A stretch of 63,841 bases of DNA, the filler included, from an uncultured Methanosarcinales archaeon (GTDB lineage Archaea; Nanobdellota; Nanobdellia; Woesearchaeales; CAYPCY01), in assembly GCA_964409385.1 (NCBI GenBank). It is 5 parts of 5 records of this genome, joined end to end, with 100 filler letters (N's around TTAATTAATTAA, not from the genome) between each part and the next. Parts side by side here need not be neighbours in the genome. Positions count along the whole stretch, not along the records: positions 25,072 to 40,300 come from CAYPCY010000008.1; positions 40,401 to 50,353 come from CAYPCY010000009.1; 3 more parts are not named here. One strand, 5' to 3'. Below are positions 39,392 to 49,082 of this stretch, piece after piece. Position numbers and translations under genes: made by a program. Every line of letters begins with the position of its first letter. Positions within the stretch are counted from its first letter, which is position 1. The notes beneath the pieces are model-generated. The model did not search any database, was not told the DNA's origin, and worked only from the letters and a program-made list of their open reading frames with translations.

Positions 39392-40203
39392 TTGTATAAT
39401 GATAGTGTTTTTTGTCTTAATGTTGCACTGTATGATATTGGATTTATTGATAGTCCGTCTCTTGCTGCTATTACTTGAACTTTTGATGCGTGTTGTATTT
39501 CTCTTGCTTCATATAGTGGGTCTGCTTGTATCATTTTTATTCCGAATCCTGTTATTATTGCTAGTTTTGGTTTTATTTTTTTTAATAGTTCTATTACATC
39601 TTCTGAATTCATATATCCTCTTTCTTCTATTCCTTTCGGATTTTTACAATTTATTATTAGTATTTTACTTCCTTTATGAGCGTCCATTACTAGATTGTTT
39701 AATTCTGAAACTCCTGTGTATGTTAAAACAAATTCTGGAGTTTTGAATTTTAGTCCTATTGGTCTTTCTTTTCCGTGCCTTGCGTATAATGTGTTTACTT
39801 CGACATCGTTTATTCCTATCTTTGCTTCTGATTCAAAACAAATTGCTTTTTCTACTAGTCTTTTTGTTTTTTTTGTTATTATTGAATCATTATTTCCAGT
39901 TCCATTAAAGCTTGTTTTATTTGTTATTAACACTCCTGTCTTATCCATTCCGTCATAGGTCATTGCGGTTATTACTGCATTTACATCATTACTTTGTATC
40001 CAGTTTGAACTTGTTACAAAAACTGCAATGTTTTCTCTAATGTTGACATTTAATGCTTTGGCCATGGTTAATGCGCCTGGTCCGGGATCTATATGGAATT
40101 GTAATCCTGCAGTTTTTAGAATTATTCCGCCTGTTGCCCTATCTTGTTTTCCTGCAAGTATTGCATCTCCTGCAGTACCTAAGAATATTATTTCTGGTTC
40201 CAT
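39388..40203 (-). CDS. Metallo-beta-lactamase-fold protein with degenerate metal site
   Basis: IFLGTAG, IDPGPG, KPKLAIITGFG, IAARDG; HxHxDH replaced by SSNWIQ. Confidence 0.75.
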   Translation of the reverse strand: MEPEIIFLGTAGDAILAGKQDRATGGIILKTAGLQFHIDPGPGALTMAKALNVNIRENIAVFVTSSNWIQSNDVNAVITAMTYDGMDKTGVLITNKTSFNGTGNNDSIITKKTKRLVEKAICFESEAKIGINDVEVNTLYARHGKERPIGLKFKTPEFVLTYTGVSELNNLVMDAHKGSKILIINCKNPKGIEERGYMNSEDVIELLKKIKPKLAIITGFGIKMIQADPLYEAREIQHASKVQVIAARDGLSINPISYSATLRQKTLSLYK

Positions 40204-40252
40204 GTCCCCCTAGTAATCTTAGTTTCAGATATTAATAAAGGTTTGGAAACAA

Positions 40253-40300
40253 CAGAAATCAAAGATTTCTGGGAGTCAAAACTCAAAGAGTTTAGAAACA
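40253..40300. repeat. Twin-hairpin intergenic repeat, copy c (contig end)
   Basis: CAGAAATC-aaa-GATTTCTG then AAACTC-aaa-GAGTTT. Confidence 0.6.
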
Positions 40301-40400
40301 NNNNNNNNNNNNNNNNNNNNNNNNNNNNNNNNNNNNNNNNNNNNTTAATTAATTAANNNNNNNNNNNNNNNNNNNNNNNNNNNNNNNNNNNNNNNNNNNN
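40301..40400. other. Artificial contig linker
   Basis: N run - TTAATTAATTAA - N run. Confidence 0.98.
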
Positions 40401-40401
40401 A

Positions 40402-40495
40402 TGCTCCGTACGGGATTCGAACCCGTGTCCTTGCCTTTCTTTGGAGAATAATCCTCGAAAGGGCAAGATGATTGGCCGGACTACACCAACGGAGC
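40402..40495 (-). tRNA. tRNA-Glu(TTC) with 19-nt intron at 37/38 (40437-40455)
   Basis: GCTCCGT/ACGGAGC acceptor; TTGCC-CT-TTC-G|intron|A-GGCAA; BHB helix CTTT/AAAG. Confidence 0.93.
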
Positions 40496-40544
40496 CTAAA
40501 AATCAAGATTAAACCTTTGTTTTTAAACTTTTTCAAAAAGATTA

Positions 40545-40646
40545 TGGGCCTGAGGGGAGTTGAACCCCCGACCTCTGGCTGTCCTAAAATGTGCAGAACA
40601 CTGTCATATAAGACCAGCGCTCTAAACCAGACTGAGCTACAGGCCC
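40545..40646 (-). tRNA. tRNA-Ile(TAT) with 26-nt intron at 37/38 (40581-40606)
   Basis: GGGCCTG/CAGGCCC acceptor; CTGGT-CT-TAT-A|intron|A-GCCAG; BHB helix CTTA/TAGG. Confidence 0.9.
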
Positions 40647-40743
40647 ACACTCAAGCAAGTAAAATAATATAATGTTTTTAAAATTATCTAAATATAACTA
40701 TCTAAAAACCAAATTTTATATAGTTCTTTCAAATTAAAAATTT

Positions 40744-41316
40744 ATGAAATTAATAAGGTGTGAATGGGCTAATAAAGCTAGCTTTCAGGATTATCACGAT
40801 AAAGAATGGGGAGTTCCAGTCTATGAAGATAAACACTTGTTTGAAATGTTAATCCTTGAAGGTGCACAGGCAGGATTATCCTGGGAGACAATCTTGAAAA
40901 GAAGATATACTTACAGGAAAGCATACAAAAATTTCGATCCTGGAATTGTTGCAGAATTTACAGAAGTGGATAAGAACAGATTATTATCTGATAAAGGAAT
41001 TATAAGAAATAAACTTAAGATTAAAGCAAGTATAATCAATGCAAAACATTTTTTAAAAATTCAAGAAGAATATGGTTCTTTCAGCAAGTATTTATGGAAT
41101 TTCACAAATAATCAGGTTATAAACCATAAAATTAAGAAACTGGGAGATATATTACCTAATAACAATCTCTCAAATACTATCTCTGAAGATTTAAAGAAGA
41201 GAGGATTCAAATTTGTAGGATCAACAATAATCTATGCTTATCTCGAAGCTATAGGGATTATTAATGATCATGAAATCTCTTGCTTTAGATATTCACAATT
41301 AAATAAGCTTAATTAA
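40744..41316 (+). CDS. tag: DNA-3-methyladenine glycosylase I
   Basis: RCEW, YHDKEWG, LEGAQAGLSWETIL, IIRNKLKI, GFKFVG, NDH..SC. Confidence 0.96.
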   Translation: MKLIRCEWANKASFQDYHDKEWGVPVYEDKHLFEMLILEGAQAGLSWETILKRRYTYRKAYKNFDPGIVAEFTEVDKNRLLSDKGIIRNKLKIKASIINAKHFLKIQEEYGSFSKYLWNFTNNQVINHKIKKLGDILPNNNLSNTISEDLKKRGFKFVGSTIIYAYLEAIGIINDHEISCFRYSQLNKLN

Positions 41317-41327
41317 TAAGTATAATT

Positions 41328-41552
41328 CTAGAAATAATCATTAATTATTTTTTCAACTGATGAATTATTCATGACCTTCTTAATATATTCTTTTTCTTGT
41401 TTTGATTTAACAGAATATCCTTTTCTAAATTGATCTTTAATAAAATCTAAATCTTGCTTGATTAAATCAACAGTTCCATCAACATAAGATTTGAACTCTT
41501 TTTCAGATATTGACACTAATCTTTCTAATTCTTCAGTTATATTTTCAACCAT
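41328..41552 (-). CDS. Hypothetical protein
   Basis: 74-aa ORF. Confidence 0.5.
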   Translation of the reverse strand: MVENITEELERLVSISEKEFKSYVDGTVDLIKQDLDFIKDQFRKGYSVKSKQEKEYIKKVMNNSSVEKIINDYF

Positions 41553-41618
41553 TTTAGGCTGAGAAAATGAGCTCCTTTAAAAAGTCAATTATAATTGATT
41601 CTGAAATCTACAATTTAA

Positions 41619-41668
41619 CTAAACACTCAGTGTTTAGAACTTCTGTATTCTCCTAATACAGTAAGTTT
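41619..41668. repeat. Twin-hairpin intergenic repeat, copy d
   Basis: CTAAACAC-tca-GTGTTTAG, AAC linker, CTGTATT...AATACAG TAAGTTT. Confidence 0.65.
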
Positions 41669-41708
41669 AATAAATAAAATTTAAAAATAATCTTTAACTC
41701 ATAACATT

Positions 41709-41960
41709 ATGAGTATAGAACAAATAATTTCAAAAAATGAACTTATTAAACTAGTAGGGAATGAACCAATAACTAATGATTCTGTAGATGAAATATACTT
41801 GATAGTGAAGAAATTCCAAAGGAATTATCAAAGAAATAATTTTGTAAATAAATTCATGCACGAGTTTAGTTTTGTTGATAAGGCATTCTTAACTAAAGAC
41901 TTGGATTATTTCAATAAATCAGTATTAGCACTTGTGAAGGAATTAAAAACTTATTCTTAG
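41709..41960 (+). CDS. Hypothetical protein
   Basis: 83-aa ORF flanked by hairpin repeats. Confidence 0.5.
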   Translation: MSIEQIISKNELIKLVGNEPITNDSVDEIYLIVKKFQRNYQRNNFVNKFMHEFSFVDKAFLTKDLDYFNKSVLALVKELKTYS

Positions 41961-42014
41961 AAATTTAGTGTGCTTGAGTGCAGAGCACGAAACATACCAT
42001 CCCGTTAAAACCTG

Positions 42015-42065
42015 ATAAGTTACAGAATCAAGATTCTGAACTTCAAAATGGTCAAACATTTTGTA
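42015..42065. repeat. Twin-hairpin intergenic repeat, copy e (downstream of tRNA-Val)
   Basis: CAGAATC-aa-GATTCTG, AAC linker, CAAAATG...CATTTTG. Confidence 0.7.
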
Positions 42066-42073
42066 AGGCTTTA

Positions 42074-42146
42074 TGGACCCAGCCGGAGTCGAACCGGCGA
42101 TCTTCGCCTTGTAAGGGCAACGTCATAGCCACTAGACCATGGGTCC
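42074..42146 (-). tRNA. tRNA-Val(TAC)
   Basis: GGACCCA/TGGGTCC acceptor; TTGCC-CT-TAC-AA-GGCGA; GGTTCGACTCC. Confidence 0.96.
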
Positions 42147-42184
42147 TTAAAGTAAAAGTATTAAGAAACGATTTATAATATTTT

Positions 42185-42736
42185 CTACTTATTAACAAAT
42201 AACAAGTGCTTTTCAGGCTCTGAAATCTCTCTAAGAATTCTTTTTAAGATTAAATTTTCAGGGTCTGGAATTAGTTTAACCCTTTCTCTAATATCATCAA
42301 AACTTTTAAAATCACCATCACGCCTTTCATCCAATATTTCCCACATGTGCTTCTTCCCAATACCAGGAAGTAATTCAATAGCATGCATTCTAGTACTTAA
42401 AGGCTGAGCCTTATTAAAGAATTCAAGGTAGGGATCTTGAGTCTTATGAATTAATTCCTTAATAGAAATTTCCAAGTTTGACCTTGCAGTATTAGTTAGC
42501 TTATCATAATCAACCTTACCATTAATATGATGAACCTGATCTCTCTTACCCTCGCCCAAGTAAATTTTATCGGAAAGGTTCAAGTGAATATCTCGTTTAG
42601 GAACTACTTCTAACAAACTAAACCGTCTAGTACCTAAGACTTGAGCTATAGGAGTCTTCTTATGACTAGGTCTGGTGTCAAACGGATAACCATTTGGCAA
42701 AAAATCTAATACTATTCCATATTCTTCCTTTTCCAT
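42185..42736 (-). CDS. DUF655 family protein
   Basis: VLDFLPNG, FFNKAQPLSTRMHAIELLPGIGKK; follows rpoF. Confidence 0.93.
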   Translation of the reverse strand: MEKEEYGIVLDFLPNGYPFDTRPSHKKTPIAQVLGTRRFSLLEVVPKRDIHLNLSDKIYLGEGKRDQVHHINGKVDYDKLTNTARSNLEISIKELIHKTQDPYLEFFNKAQPLSTRMHAIELLPGIGKKHMWEILDERRDGDFKSFDDIRERVKLIPDPENLILKRILREISEPEKHLLFVNK

Positions 42737-42785
42737 AATAATCCCCTGCTTAATTAAAGAACAAAATATTATTTAAACCTTTTCA

Positions 42786-43118
42786 TTAGAGAGTTTTAAT
42801 AATCTTCTCCATGGATTCCTTACTTATAGAAATTGGACTTCCCTGAAAAATAATTTTTAATTCTTCAAGAGTCTTAGGTTGTAAATTAATAATCTTCTGG
42901 ATCATATTATCTTTTAATCTTGGAATTTCTAAATCTTTTAATTTAGTGAATAATTCGTCAGCTTCTTTCTTCTTAAGAACAGGAACTGCCTCAAAAAATT
43001 CTTGCATTTTAGAAAGTCTATAGTTTAATTCTTCATCTCTCTTCTTAAGTTTAATAAAAATACTTTTAAGATTAGCAAGATTGATCGGTGTTTCCTCAAT
43101 AATTTTCGGATTTGGCAT
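42786..43118 (-). CDS. rpoF: RNA polymerase subunit Rpo4 (RpoF)
   Basis: ELNYR...KIINLQPKTLEELK; eL21-rpoF-DUF655 synteny. Confidence 0.82.
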   Translation of the reverse strand: MPNPKIIEETPINLANLKSIFIKLKKRDEELNYRLSKMQEFFEAVPVLKKKEADELFTKLKDLEIPRLKDNMIQKIINLQPKTLEELKIIFQGSPISISKESMEKIIKTL

Positions 43119-43119
43119 T

Positions 43120-43410
43120 TTAAACCTTCTTTAAATGAACAGGATGTACTACTAATGTTTTTTCTTTCTTAAAATCTTTAATTAATACTTTATAACATTC
43201 TCCATCTTTACCTTCTACTATTCCTCTCTTACCATAATATTTTAAGTGGTAAAATCCTTTATGAACTGCAGGTTCTAACAAAACTTGAACTTTATCTCCA
43301 TTATTTAATTGTTTTAAATATTCTGAAATCTTAATTTTTCCCTTTAAAGAAACATTCTTAGTAAGTTTATGCCTTGCCTTTCTCTTCTTTCCACCAATTC
43401 TTTGCACCAT
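43120..43410 (-). CDS. rpl21e: 50S ribosomal protein eL21
   Basis: GDKV...EPAVHKG.YH..YYGKRG...HPVHLK. Confidence 0.95.
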   Translation of the reverse strand: MVQRIGGKKRKARHKLTKNVSLKGKIKISEYLKQLNNGDKVQVLLEPAVHKGFYHLKYYGKRGIVEGKDGECYKVLIKDFKKEKTLVVHPVHLKKV

Positions 43411-44096
43411 TATTCCTTACTCTCCTCTTTAGGTTCTTCCTTAACTTCTGCTTCTCCATCAGGTTTTTCTTCACCCTCAGTCTCTGCTTCCTTTTCAGCC
43501 TCTGCAGCTTCAGCAGCTGCTTTCTCTTCAGCCTCAACCTCTTTAGCGTGAGCTTGTAATTCTTTTCTTTCAGCGTCTAATTCTGCCTTCTCTTCCTCAG
43601 TTAATTCAGTCTTCTCTTCCTTAATCTCCTTATCAAACTTACCAGCATTAACGTCTTGAATTGTTTCTCTGGCTTGTTTTCCCTCAACTAAAATACCCAT
43701 TGAATCACAAGTACCAATAATCTCTTTAACTTTATTCTTCAAATCATGCCCTAACAATGCATCTTCCTTCATTTTAGCAACTTTAATAATTTGAGGAATT
43801 TTTAAATCAGCAACTTTTAATGAATTAGGCTTTCCAGAACCCTTCTTAATATTAGCTTCTTTAATAATTAATGAAGCAGCAGGAGGAGTTCCAATACTAA
43901 TCTCAAAAGATTTAGTATCAGCATCTACAATTACCTTAACTGGAACTTGCATTCCCTTAAAAGAAGTGGTTTTTTCATTAATTTTAGCAACTACATCACC
44001 AATATTAACTCCTAAAGGTCCTAGTGCAGGTCCTAAAGGCGGTGCAGCACTTGCTTTACCACCTTCTACTAATGCTTCTACAGTCTCGGTAGCCAT
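43410..44096 (-). CDS. rpl11: 50S ribosomal protein uL11 with acidic tail
   Basis: GGKASAAPPLGPALGPLG, GMQVPVKV, IIGTCDSMG. Confidence 0.96.
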   Translation of the reverse strand: MATETVEALVEGGKASAAPPLGPALGPLGVNIGDVVAKINEKTTSFKGMQVPVKVIVDADTKSFEISIGTPPAASLIIKEANIKKGSGKPNSLKVADLKIPQIIKVAKMKEDALLGHDLKNKVKEIIGTCDSMGILVEGKQARETIQDVNAGKFDKEIKEEKTELTEEEKAELDAERKELQAHAKEVEAEEKAAAEAAEAEKEAETEGEEKPDGEAEVKEEPKEESKE

Positions 44097-44131
44097 GAGT
44101 TTCAAGAATTATGAAGTGTTTAAATATCTTG

Positions 44132-44590
44132 CTATTCTTCAGTCTCTCTTCTTATAACTTTAACAGCAGATAATTTTAGAGTCATAGGTATAGGAATTGT
44201 TGCTTCAAGAAGTTCAATAACAACCTCTTCCTTAGCCTTATCAATCCTAGAAATTTTAGCTTGTTCCCTCTTGAAAGGACCAGTAATTATTTCAACAATA
44301 TCATTCTTTTGAATATTAACTTCAACCTTAACTTGTTCAATCATATGCTCAATCTCTTTATAATTAACTTCTTTAGGTAATACACCACGAGAATAAGGAA
44401 CATTATAAGCAGCTTGTTCAGCATTAATCTTATCAAGAGATTCAACAAAAATATAACCTCTCATTCCATGAGGTCTAATAACAGAAAAAACTTCTAACTT
44501 TTTCCTAGCAGCATTACTAGCTATAAAACTAGCAACTTGGTCTTCCCTGTTAGTCATAGTTCTAACACCAAAAATTTTTGATTCAGTCAT
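44132..44590 (-). CDS. spt5: Transcription elongation factor Spt5
   Basis: RGYIFVE; KOW DIVEIITGPFK. Confidence 0.95.
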   Translation of the reverse strand: MTESKIFGVRTMTNREDQVASFIASNAARKKLEVFSVIRPHGMRGYIFVESLDKINAEQAAYNVPYSRGVLPKEVNYKEIEHMIEQVKVEVNIQKNDIVEIITGPFKREQAKISRIDKAKEEVVIELLEATIPIPMTLKLSAVKVIRRETEE

Positions 44591-44748
44591 TGAAACATCA
44601 CGTTTGTCATATAAATTAAGAATCCTAATAATCCAACAACTAAAATTCCCAATCCTGACATTTTAACTATTGTAAGGTATTCTTGCTTACTAGGTTTCTT
44701 AGTAACCTTTAAAACTCTTACGCATTTATGAAAAAAATCTTTAATCAT
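44587..44748 (-). CDS. secE: Protein translocase SecE/Sec61-gamma (absent from ORF track)
   Basis: MIKDFFHKCVRVLKVTKKPSKQEYLTIVKMSGLGILVVGLLGFLI; ftsZ-secE-spt5 synteny. Confidence 0.93.
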   Translation of the reverse strand: MIKDFFHKCVRVLKVTKKPSKQEYLTIVKMSGLGILVVGLLGFLIYMTNVMFQ

Positions 44749-44750
44749 TT

Positions 44751-45857
44751 TTAATCCACGAATTCAATGCCTAATTCTGACTCGAACTCCTTCTTTTTCT
44801 CTCCAGTAATACCAGAACCTATAATTTGAGAACTTTTAACTCCAGTAATAATAACCATTGTTCTAATAGAACCTTCAAGATCATCACTAATTTGAGCACC
44901 CCATATAATCCTAGCATCATCCTCCAATCTAGAATTAACCTCTTCAACAACTTTACGAGCCTCATCCAAAGTCATATCCTGACCTCCAGCAACATTAACT
45001 AAAGCACCATTAGCTCCAGAAACATCAACATCAAGTAAAGGATTATTTAATGCCTTCTCAACAGACTCTGCAGCCCTATTATCAGAATCAGACTCTCCAA
45101 CACCAATCAATGCAACACCACCATTACCCATCACAGTCTTAATATCAGCAAAATCAAGATTCACAAGACCAGCCTTAGTAACAAGTTCTGCAATCCCCTT
45201 AACTGAATTAGTTAATATCTCATCAGCAACTTTAAATGCGGTATGTAAAGGAAGATCAGGAGCTAATTCTAACAATTTATCGTTAGGAATTACAATTAAA
45301 GTATCAACAACATTCTCTAGTCTTTCAAGACCAATCATAGCATTTTCGTAACGTCTATTACCCTCCATAGCAAAAGGTAGTGTAACAACACCAACAGTTA
45401 AGCAACCAAGCTTCTTAGCAACTTCAGCAATAACAGGTGCAGAACCTGTCCCCGTACCACCACCAAGTCCACAAGTAATGAATACCATATCAGCACCATC
45501 CATTGACTTCTTCAAATCTTGCTCAGACTCTCTGGCAGCCTCTTCTCCAACTCTAGGAATACTGCCAGCACCCATTCCCTTAGTAACATCCTTACCGATA
45601 AGAATCTTCTTCTCTGCAGAAGTATATAATAAATCTTGAGCGTCAGTATTAACAGCTATCGTTTCAGCACCTGCAACTCCAACCTCTGCAATCCTATTAA
45701 TAGTATTATTACCACCACCACCACTTCCAATAACCTTAATTTGAGCTTTTTGCTTTGCAAGAATCTTTTCTAGTTCAGCATCCATATCATTAGTTTGTCT
45801 AGGAGCTTCTATTGGTTCTTCAGATAATTCCCTTGCAGTTGTAATAAATGATTCCAT
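44751..45857 (-). CDS. ftsZ: Cell division protein FtsZ
   Basis: [26 protein letters not shown]. Confidence 0.98.
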   Translation of the reverse strand: MESFITTARELSEEPIEAPRQTNDMDAELEKILAKQKAQIKVIGSGGGGNNTINRIAEVGVAGAETIAVNTDAQDLLYTSAEKKILIGKDVTKGMGAGSIPRVGEEAARESEQDLKKSMDGADMVFITCGLGGGTGTGSAPVIAEVAKKLGCLTVGVVTLPFAMEGNRRYENAMIGLERLENVVDTLIVIPNDKLLELAPDLPLHTAFKVADEILTNSVKGIAELVTKAGLVNLDFADIKTVMGNGGVALIGVGESDSDNRAAESVEKALNNPLLDVDVSGANGALVNVAGGQDMTLDEARKVVEEVNSRLEDDARIIWGAQISDDLEGSIRTMVIITGVKSSQIIGSGITGEKKKEFESELGIEFVD

Positions 45858-45897
45858 AAATCCACCCAATTTTAATTTGATTTACTACTATTTAAAC

Positions 45898-46497
45898 TTA
45901 ATCCTCAAATTTTATTTTTACTTTAACATGATCTTCAATTTGTTTAGAGATCATCTTTTTTAATTCTTCAGGAACTTTAGATTTTATAATCACAGTATCA
46001 TCCTTAAAATCCCTCTTAATCTCTTTAGGAAGTAAAGCGTCAACCTGCTCTTTCTTACTAGTAACCAACTCAATAATTTCATAATCGTAAGAAACATTTC
46101 TGCCTGCTAGGGGATGATTAAAGTCAACAATAATTCTTCCACCACTAACTGTCTTTACTAAACCCCTATTACCATCAATATTAACTTCTAATCCTGGCAG
46201 TGGCTTAATATTTTCTTTCTTAAATGCCCTAATTGGAATTAAAGTTAGTAAGTCAGCCCTTTTCTTTCCAAAAGCTTCATCAATTTTTATTGTATATTTT
46301 CCTAAACTTTTCCCTGTGAAATCCTCATCTAAACCTTTCACTAAAAAATTATTACCTACACAAACAACTACTGGTTTTAAATCGTGCAAGTGTAAATGTT
46401 CCTTCTTAGCAATGGCCTCATCAGTAGTATCAAAGACTTCTCCCGAGTCTAGCCTGCCAGTATAATTCAATTTTATAAAATCGTTTTTTTTGATCAT
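45898..46497 (-). CDS. FKBP-type peptidyl-prolyl isomerase (SlyD-like)
   Basis: YTGR..GEVFDTT, GGRIIVDFNHPLAG. Confidence 0.93.
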   Translation of the reverse strand: MIKKNDFIKLNYTGRLDSGEVFDTTDEAIAKKEHLHLHDLKPVVVCVGNNFLVKGLDEDFTGKSLGKYTIKIDEAFGKKRADLLTLIPIRAFKKENIKPLPGLEVNIDGNRGLVKTVSGGRIIVDFNHPLAGRNVSYDYEIIELVTSKKEQVDALLPKEIKRDFKDDTVIIKSKVPEELKKMISKQIEDHVKVKIKFED

Positions 46498-46517
46498 AGA
46501 ACATGCTGGATAAAAAA

Positions 46518-47057
46518 CTAATTTCTTTTAAAGGTTTCTATTTCATCAACTAATATTTTGAATGTTTCATTAACAGTTTTATTACTAGTGTTAATAACAA
46601 TATCAAAATGTTTTTCGTCATAAGGATTAATCCTGTAATATTTAGAATATCTTTTCTTGTCTGACTCAATCCTTTCAATAATCTTAATTTTTGTTTCTTC
46701 AAAATTTGAATATTTTTCTTCCTTTCTAGAACTATTAAAAATTCTTAATGCACCCTTATCAATAGAAACTGTTAAGAAAATCTTTATTGAAGAAGGAATA
46801 AAATAATAAGATAACCGACCATCAACAATAAAATTGTTTTTAGAATCTAACCCTTTCTGAAATTCGTCAACAAACTTGTCAGTTTCAAAATCTTGTTCGC
46901 CCAATTTATTTAATTCTTCAAGAGTTAAACCTTTAGAAATTGCATATTCTCGCCTCATACCACCCATTGAATATTTCTTTAAAGAATACTTTTTAGCCAA
47001 TAATCTGGCAACAGTACTCTTTCCACTACCAGGAATTCCTGCAATAGTCAACTTCAT
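46518..47057 (-). CDS. cmk: Cytidylate kinase (archaeal type)
   Basis: GIPGSGKST, MRRE.A, VDGRL, R..SD.KRY..YY. Confidence 0.9.
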   Translation of the reverse strand: MKLTIAGIPGSGKSTVARLLAKKYSLKKYSMGGMRREYAISKGLTLEELNKLGEQDFETDKFVDEFQKGLDSKNNFIVDGRLSYYFIPSSIKIFLTVSIDKGALRIFNSSRKEEKYSNFEETKIKIIERIESDKKRYSKYYRINPYDEKHFDIVINTSNKTVNETFKILVDEIETFKRN

Positions 47058-47092
47058 AAAAGCAAGATAATAAAGAAAATATATTAAATTTT

Positions 47093-47419
47093 CTATCTAA
47101 TATAGTTAGTATCAAAATATTCATTAGCAATACTAGCCCAAACATAATCTGCAGCAATTTTACTACTGGTAAATTCTGGAGTCAAGCAAGTACTCTCTCC
47201 AGGAGATTTGGAAAGAAAGAACACTACACTATTCAAGTTTGAATAAACACTATTCTCTAAATTTTCATAATCTACAATTTTAGGAAAATACTGAATTATC
47301 TTATGGCTTAAATTAGAAATATCCTCCTTATCCAGTAATTTTTCAGACAAACCTTTCTTTTCGAAAAAAGATCTGATTTCTTTTTTTGTCATATACAATG
47401 AATCATCAGTCCAAGTCAT
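47093..47419 (-). CDS. Hypothetical protein
   Basis: 108-aa ORF. Confidence 0.55.
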   Translation of the reverse strand: MTWTDDSLYMTKKEIRSFFEKKGLSEKLLDKEDISNLSHKIIQYFPKIVDYENLENSVYSNLNSVVFFLSKSPGESTCLTPEFTSSKIAADYVWASIANEYFDTNYIR

Positions 47420-47503
47420 TTCAAAAAGTAATAATCAAGATTATTTAAGCTTTACCATTCTAGAGTGAGTAAGTTTATAAATTAACAGAATTAATATCAT
47501 TCT

Positions 47504-49051
47504 ATGAATGACCAACCAAACCATATTTTATCAGAAGGAACTGAAAGAAATTATGGACGGGAAGCTCAAAAAAACAATTTCTTTGCTGCAAGATTAGTTG
47601 CCGAAACTGTAAGGACAACATTAGGACCTAAAGGAATGGACAAGTTAGTAATGAATTCAATTGGCGATATAACAGTAACTAATGATGGAGTAACAATATT
47701 AGAAGAGATGGACATAGAACATCCAATCGCACGAATGATGGTTGAAATTTCTAAGACTCAAGAAAATGAAGTGGGAGATGGAACAACAACAGCAGTAGTA
47801 CTAGCAGGAGAACTACTAAAAAAGGCAGAAGGACTAATTGAAAAAAATATTCATCCAACAATAATAACTAAAGGATACAGACTAGCAAAACAAAAAGCAA
47901 TAGAAGAACTAACAAAATTATCTAAAAAAGTAACTATTGAAGATACTCAAACTTTAGAAAAAATAGCCCAGACTGCCATGACAGGAAAAGGTGCTGAAGA
48001 TTCAAAAGAAAAACTAGCTAAGATAGCAGTGGAAGCAATTAGAAGAATAAATGCTGAAGATTTAGATAATATAAAAATAGAAAAGAAAAGTGGCGGTTCA
48101 ACTAATGATACAGAATTAGTTAAAGGAGTAATTATAGACAGGGAAGTACTAACTAACATTAGTAAAATTGAAAATCCAAAAATAGCATTATTAAATACAG
48201 GATTAGAACTGAAAAATACTGAAATAGATAGTAAAATAACAATTACAGATCCTCAACAAATACACGCATTTCTAGAACAGGAAGAAAAATTAATTGAAGA
48301 AATGGTATCTAAAATTCTAAAAACAGGAGCTAATGTTATTTTTTCACAAAAAGGAATAGATGAACTAGCACAACATTTTCTATCAAGACAAGGAGTTTAT
48401 GCATGCAGAAGAATAAAAAAATCAGACATGGAAAAACTAGCCAAAGCGTCAGGAGCTAGAATAATAAATAATATTAACGAATTAGAAAAAGAAGATTTAG
48501 GAACGGCATTATCAGTAAAACAAACCAAGATAGGAGAGGAATCCCTAACATGGATTCAATCAAAAAATCCTAAATCAGTAACTATCCTAATAAGAGGAGG
48601 GACAGACCATATAATTGATGAAGTAAAAAGAGCAATGGATGATGCACTCGGTGGTTTATTATCAGCAATAAAAACAGGAAGCATAATTACAGGAGCTGGA
48701 TCTGTAGAAATGGAACTTTCAAGAATATTAAGCAAATATTCAGAAAGTTTTTCAGGAAGGGAACAATTAGCAATTCAAGCATTCGCGGATGCTCTAGAAA
48801 TAATTCCTAAAACACTAGCAGAAAATGCAGGTTTAGACCCTATAAACGTAATTACAGACTTGAAATCAAAACATGAAGAAGGGAAAAAACTAGCAGGAAT
48901 TGATGTTTTTAGTGGCAGGACAGTTAATACTTGGAAATTAGGAGTTATAGAACCATTAATGATTAAACAACAAGCGTTAAATTCTGCATCGGAAGTGGCT
49001 AATATGATATTAAGAATAGATGATGTAATACTAAGTTCAAAAAAAGATTAA
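47504..49051 (+). CDS. ths: Thermosome (group II chaperonin) subunit
   Basis: TTLGPKGMDK, TNDGVTIL, GDGTTTAVV, LRIDD; no GGM tail. Confidence 0.97.
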   Translation: MNDQPNHILSEGTERNYGREAQKNNFFAARLVAETVRTTLGPKGMDKLVMNSIGDITVTNDGVTILEEMDIEHPIARMMVEISKTQENEVGDGTTTAVVLAGELLKKAEGLIEKNIHPTIITKGYRLAKQKAIEELTKLSKKVTIEDTQTLEKIAQTAMTGKGAEDSKEKLAKIAVEAIRRINAEDLDNIKIEKKSGGSTNDTELVKGVIIDREVLTNISKIENPKIALLNTGLELKNTEIDSKITITDPQQIHAFLEQEEKLIEEMVSKILKTGANVIFSQKGIDELAQHFLSRQGVYACRRIKKSDMEKLAKASGARIINNINELEKEDLGTALSVKQTKIGEESLTWIQSKNPKSVTILIRGGTDHIIDEVKRAMDDALGGLLSAIKTGSIITGAGSVEMELSRILSKYSESFSGREQLAIQAFADALEIIPKTLAENAGLDPINVITDLKSKHEEGKKLAGIDVFSGRTVNTWKLGVIEPLMIKQQALNSASEVANMILRIDDVILSSKKD

Positions 49052-49082
49052 ATCAAAAAGTATATAAAAATCAAATTCTGAA

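Noticed and set aside
40345..40672. ORFs of 101 and 66 aa over the tRNA-Glu/tRNA-Ile region
   Set aside because: They overlap tRNA genes and the linker; spurious.
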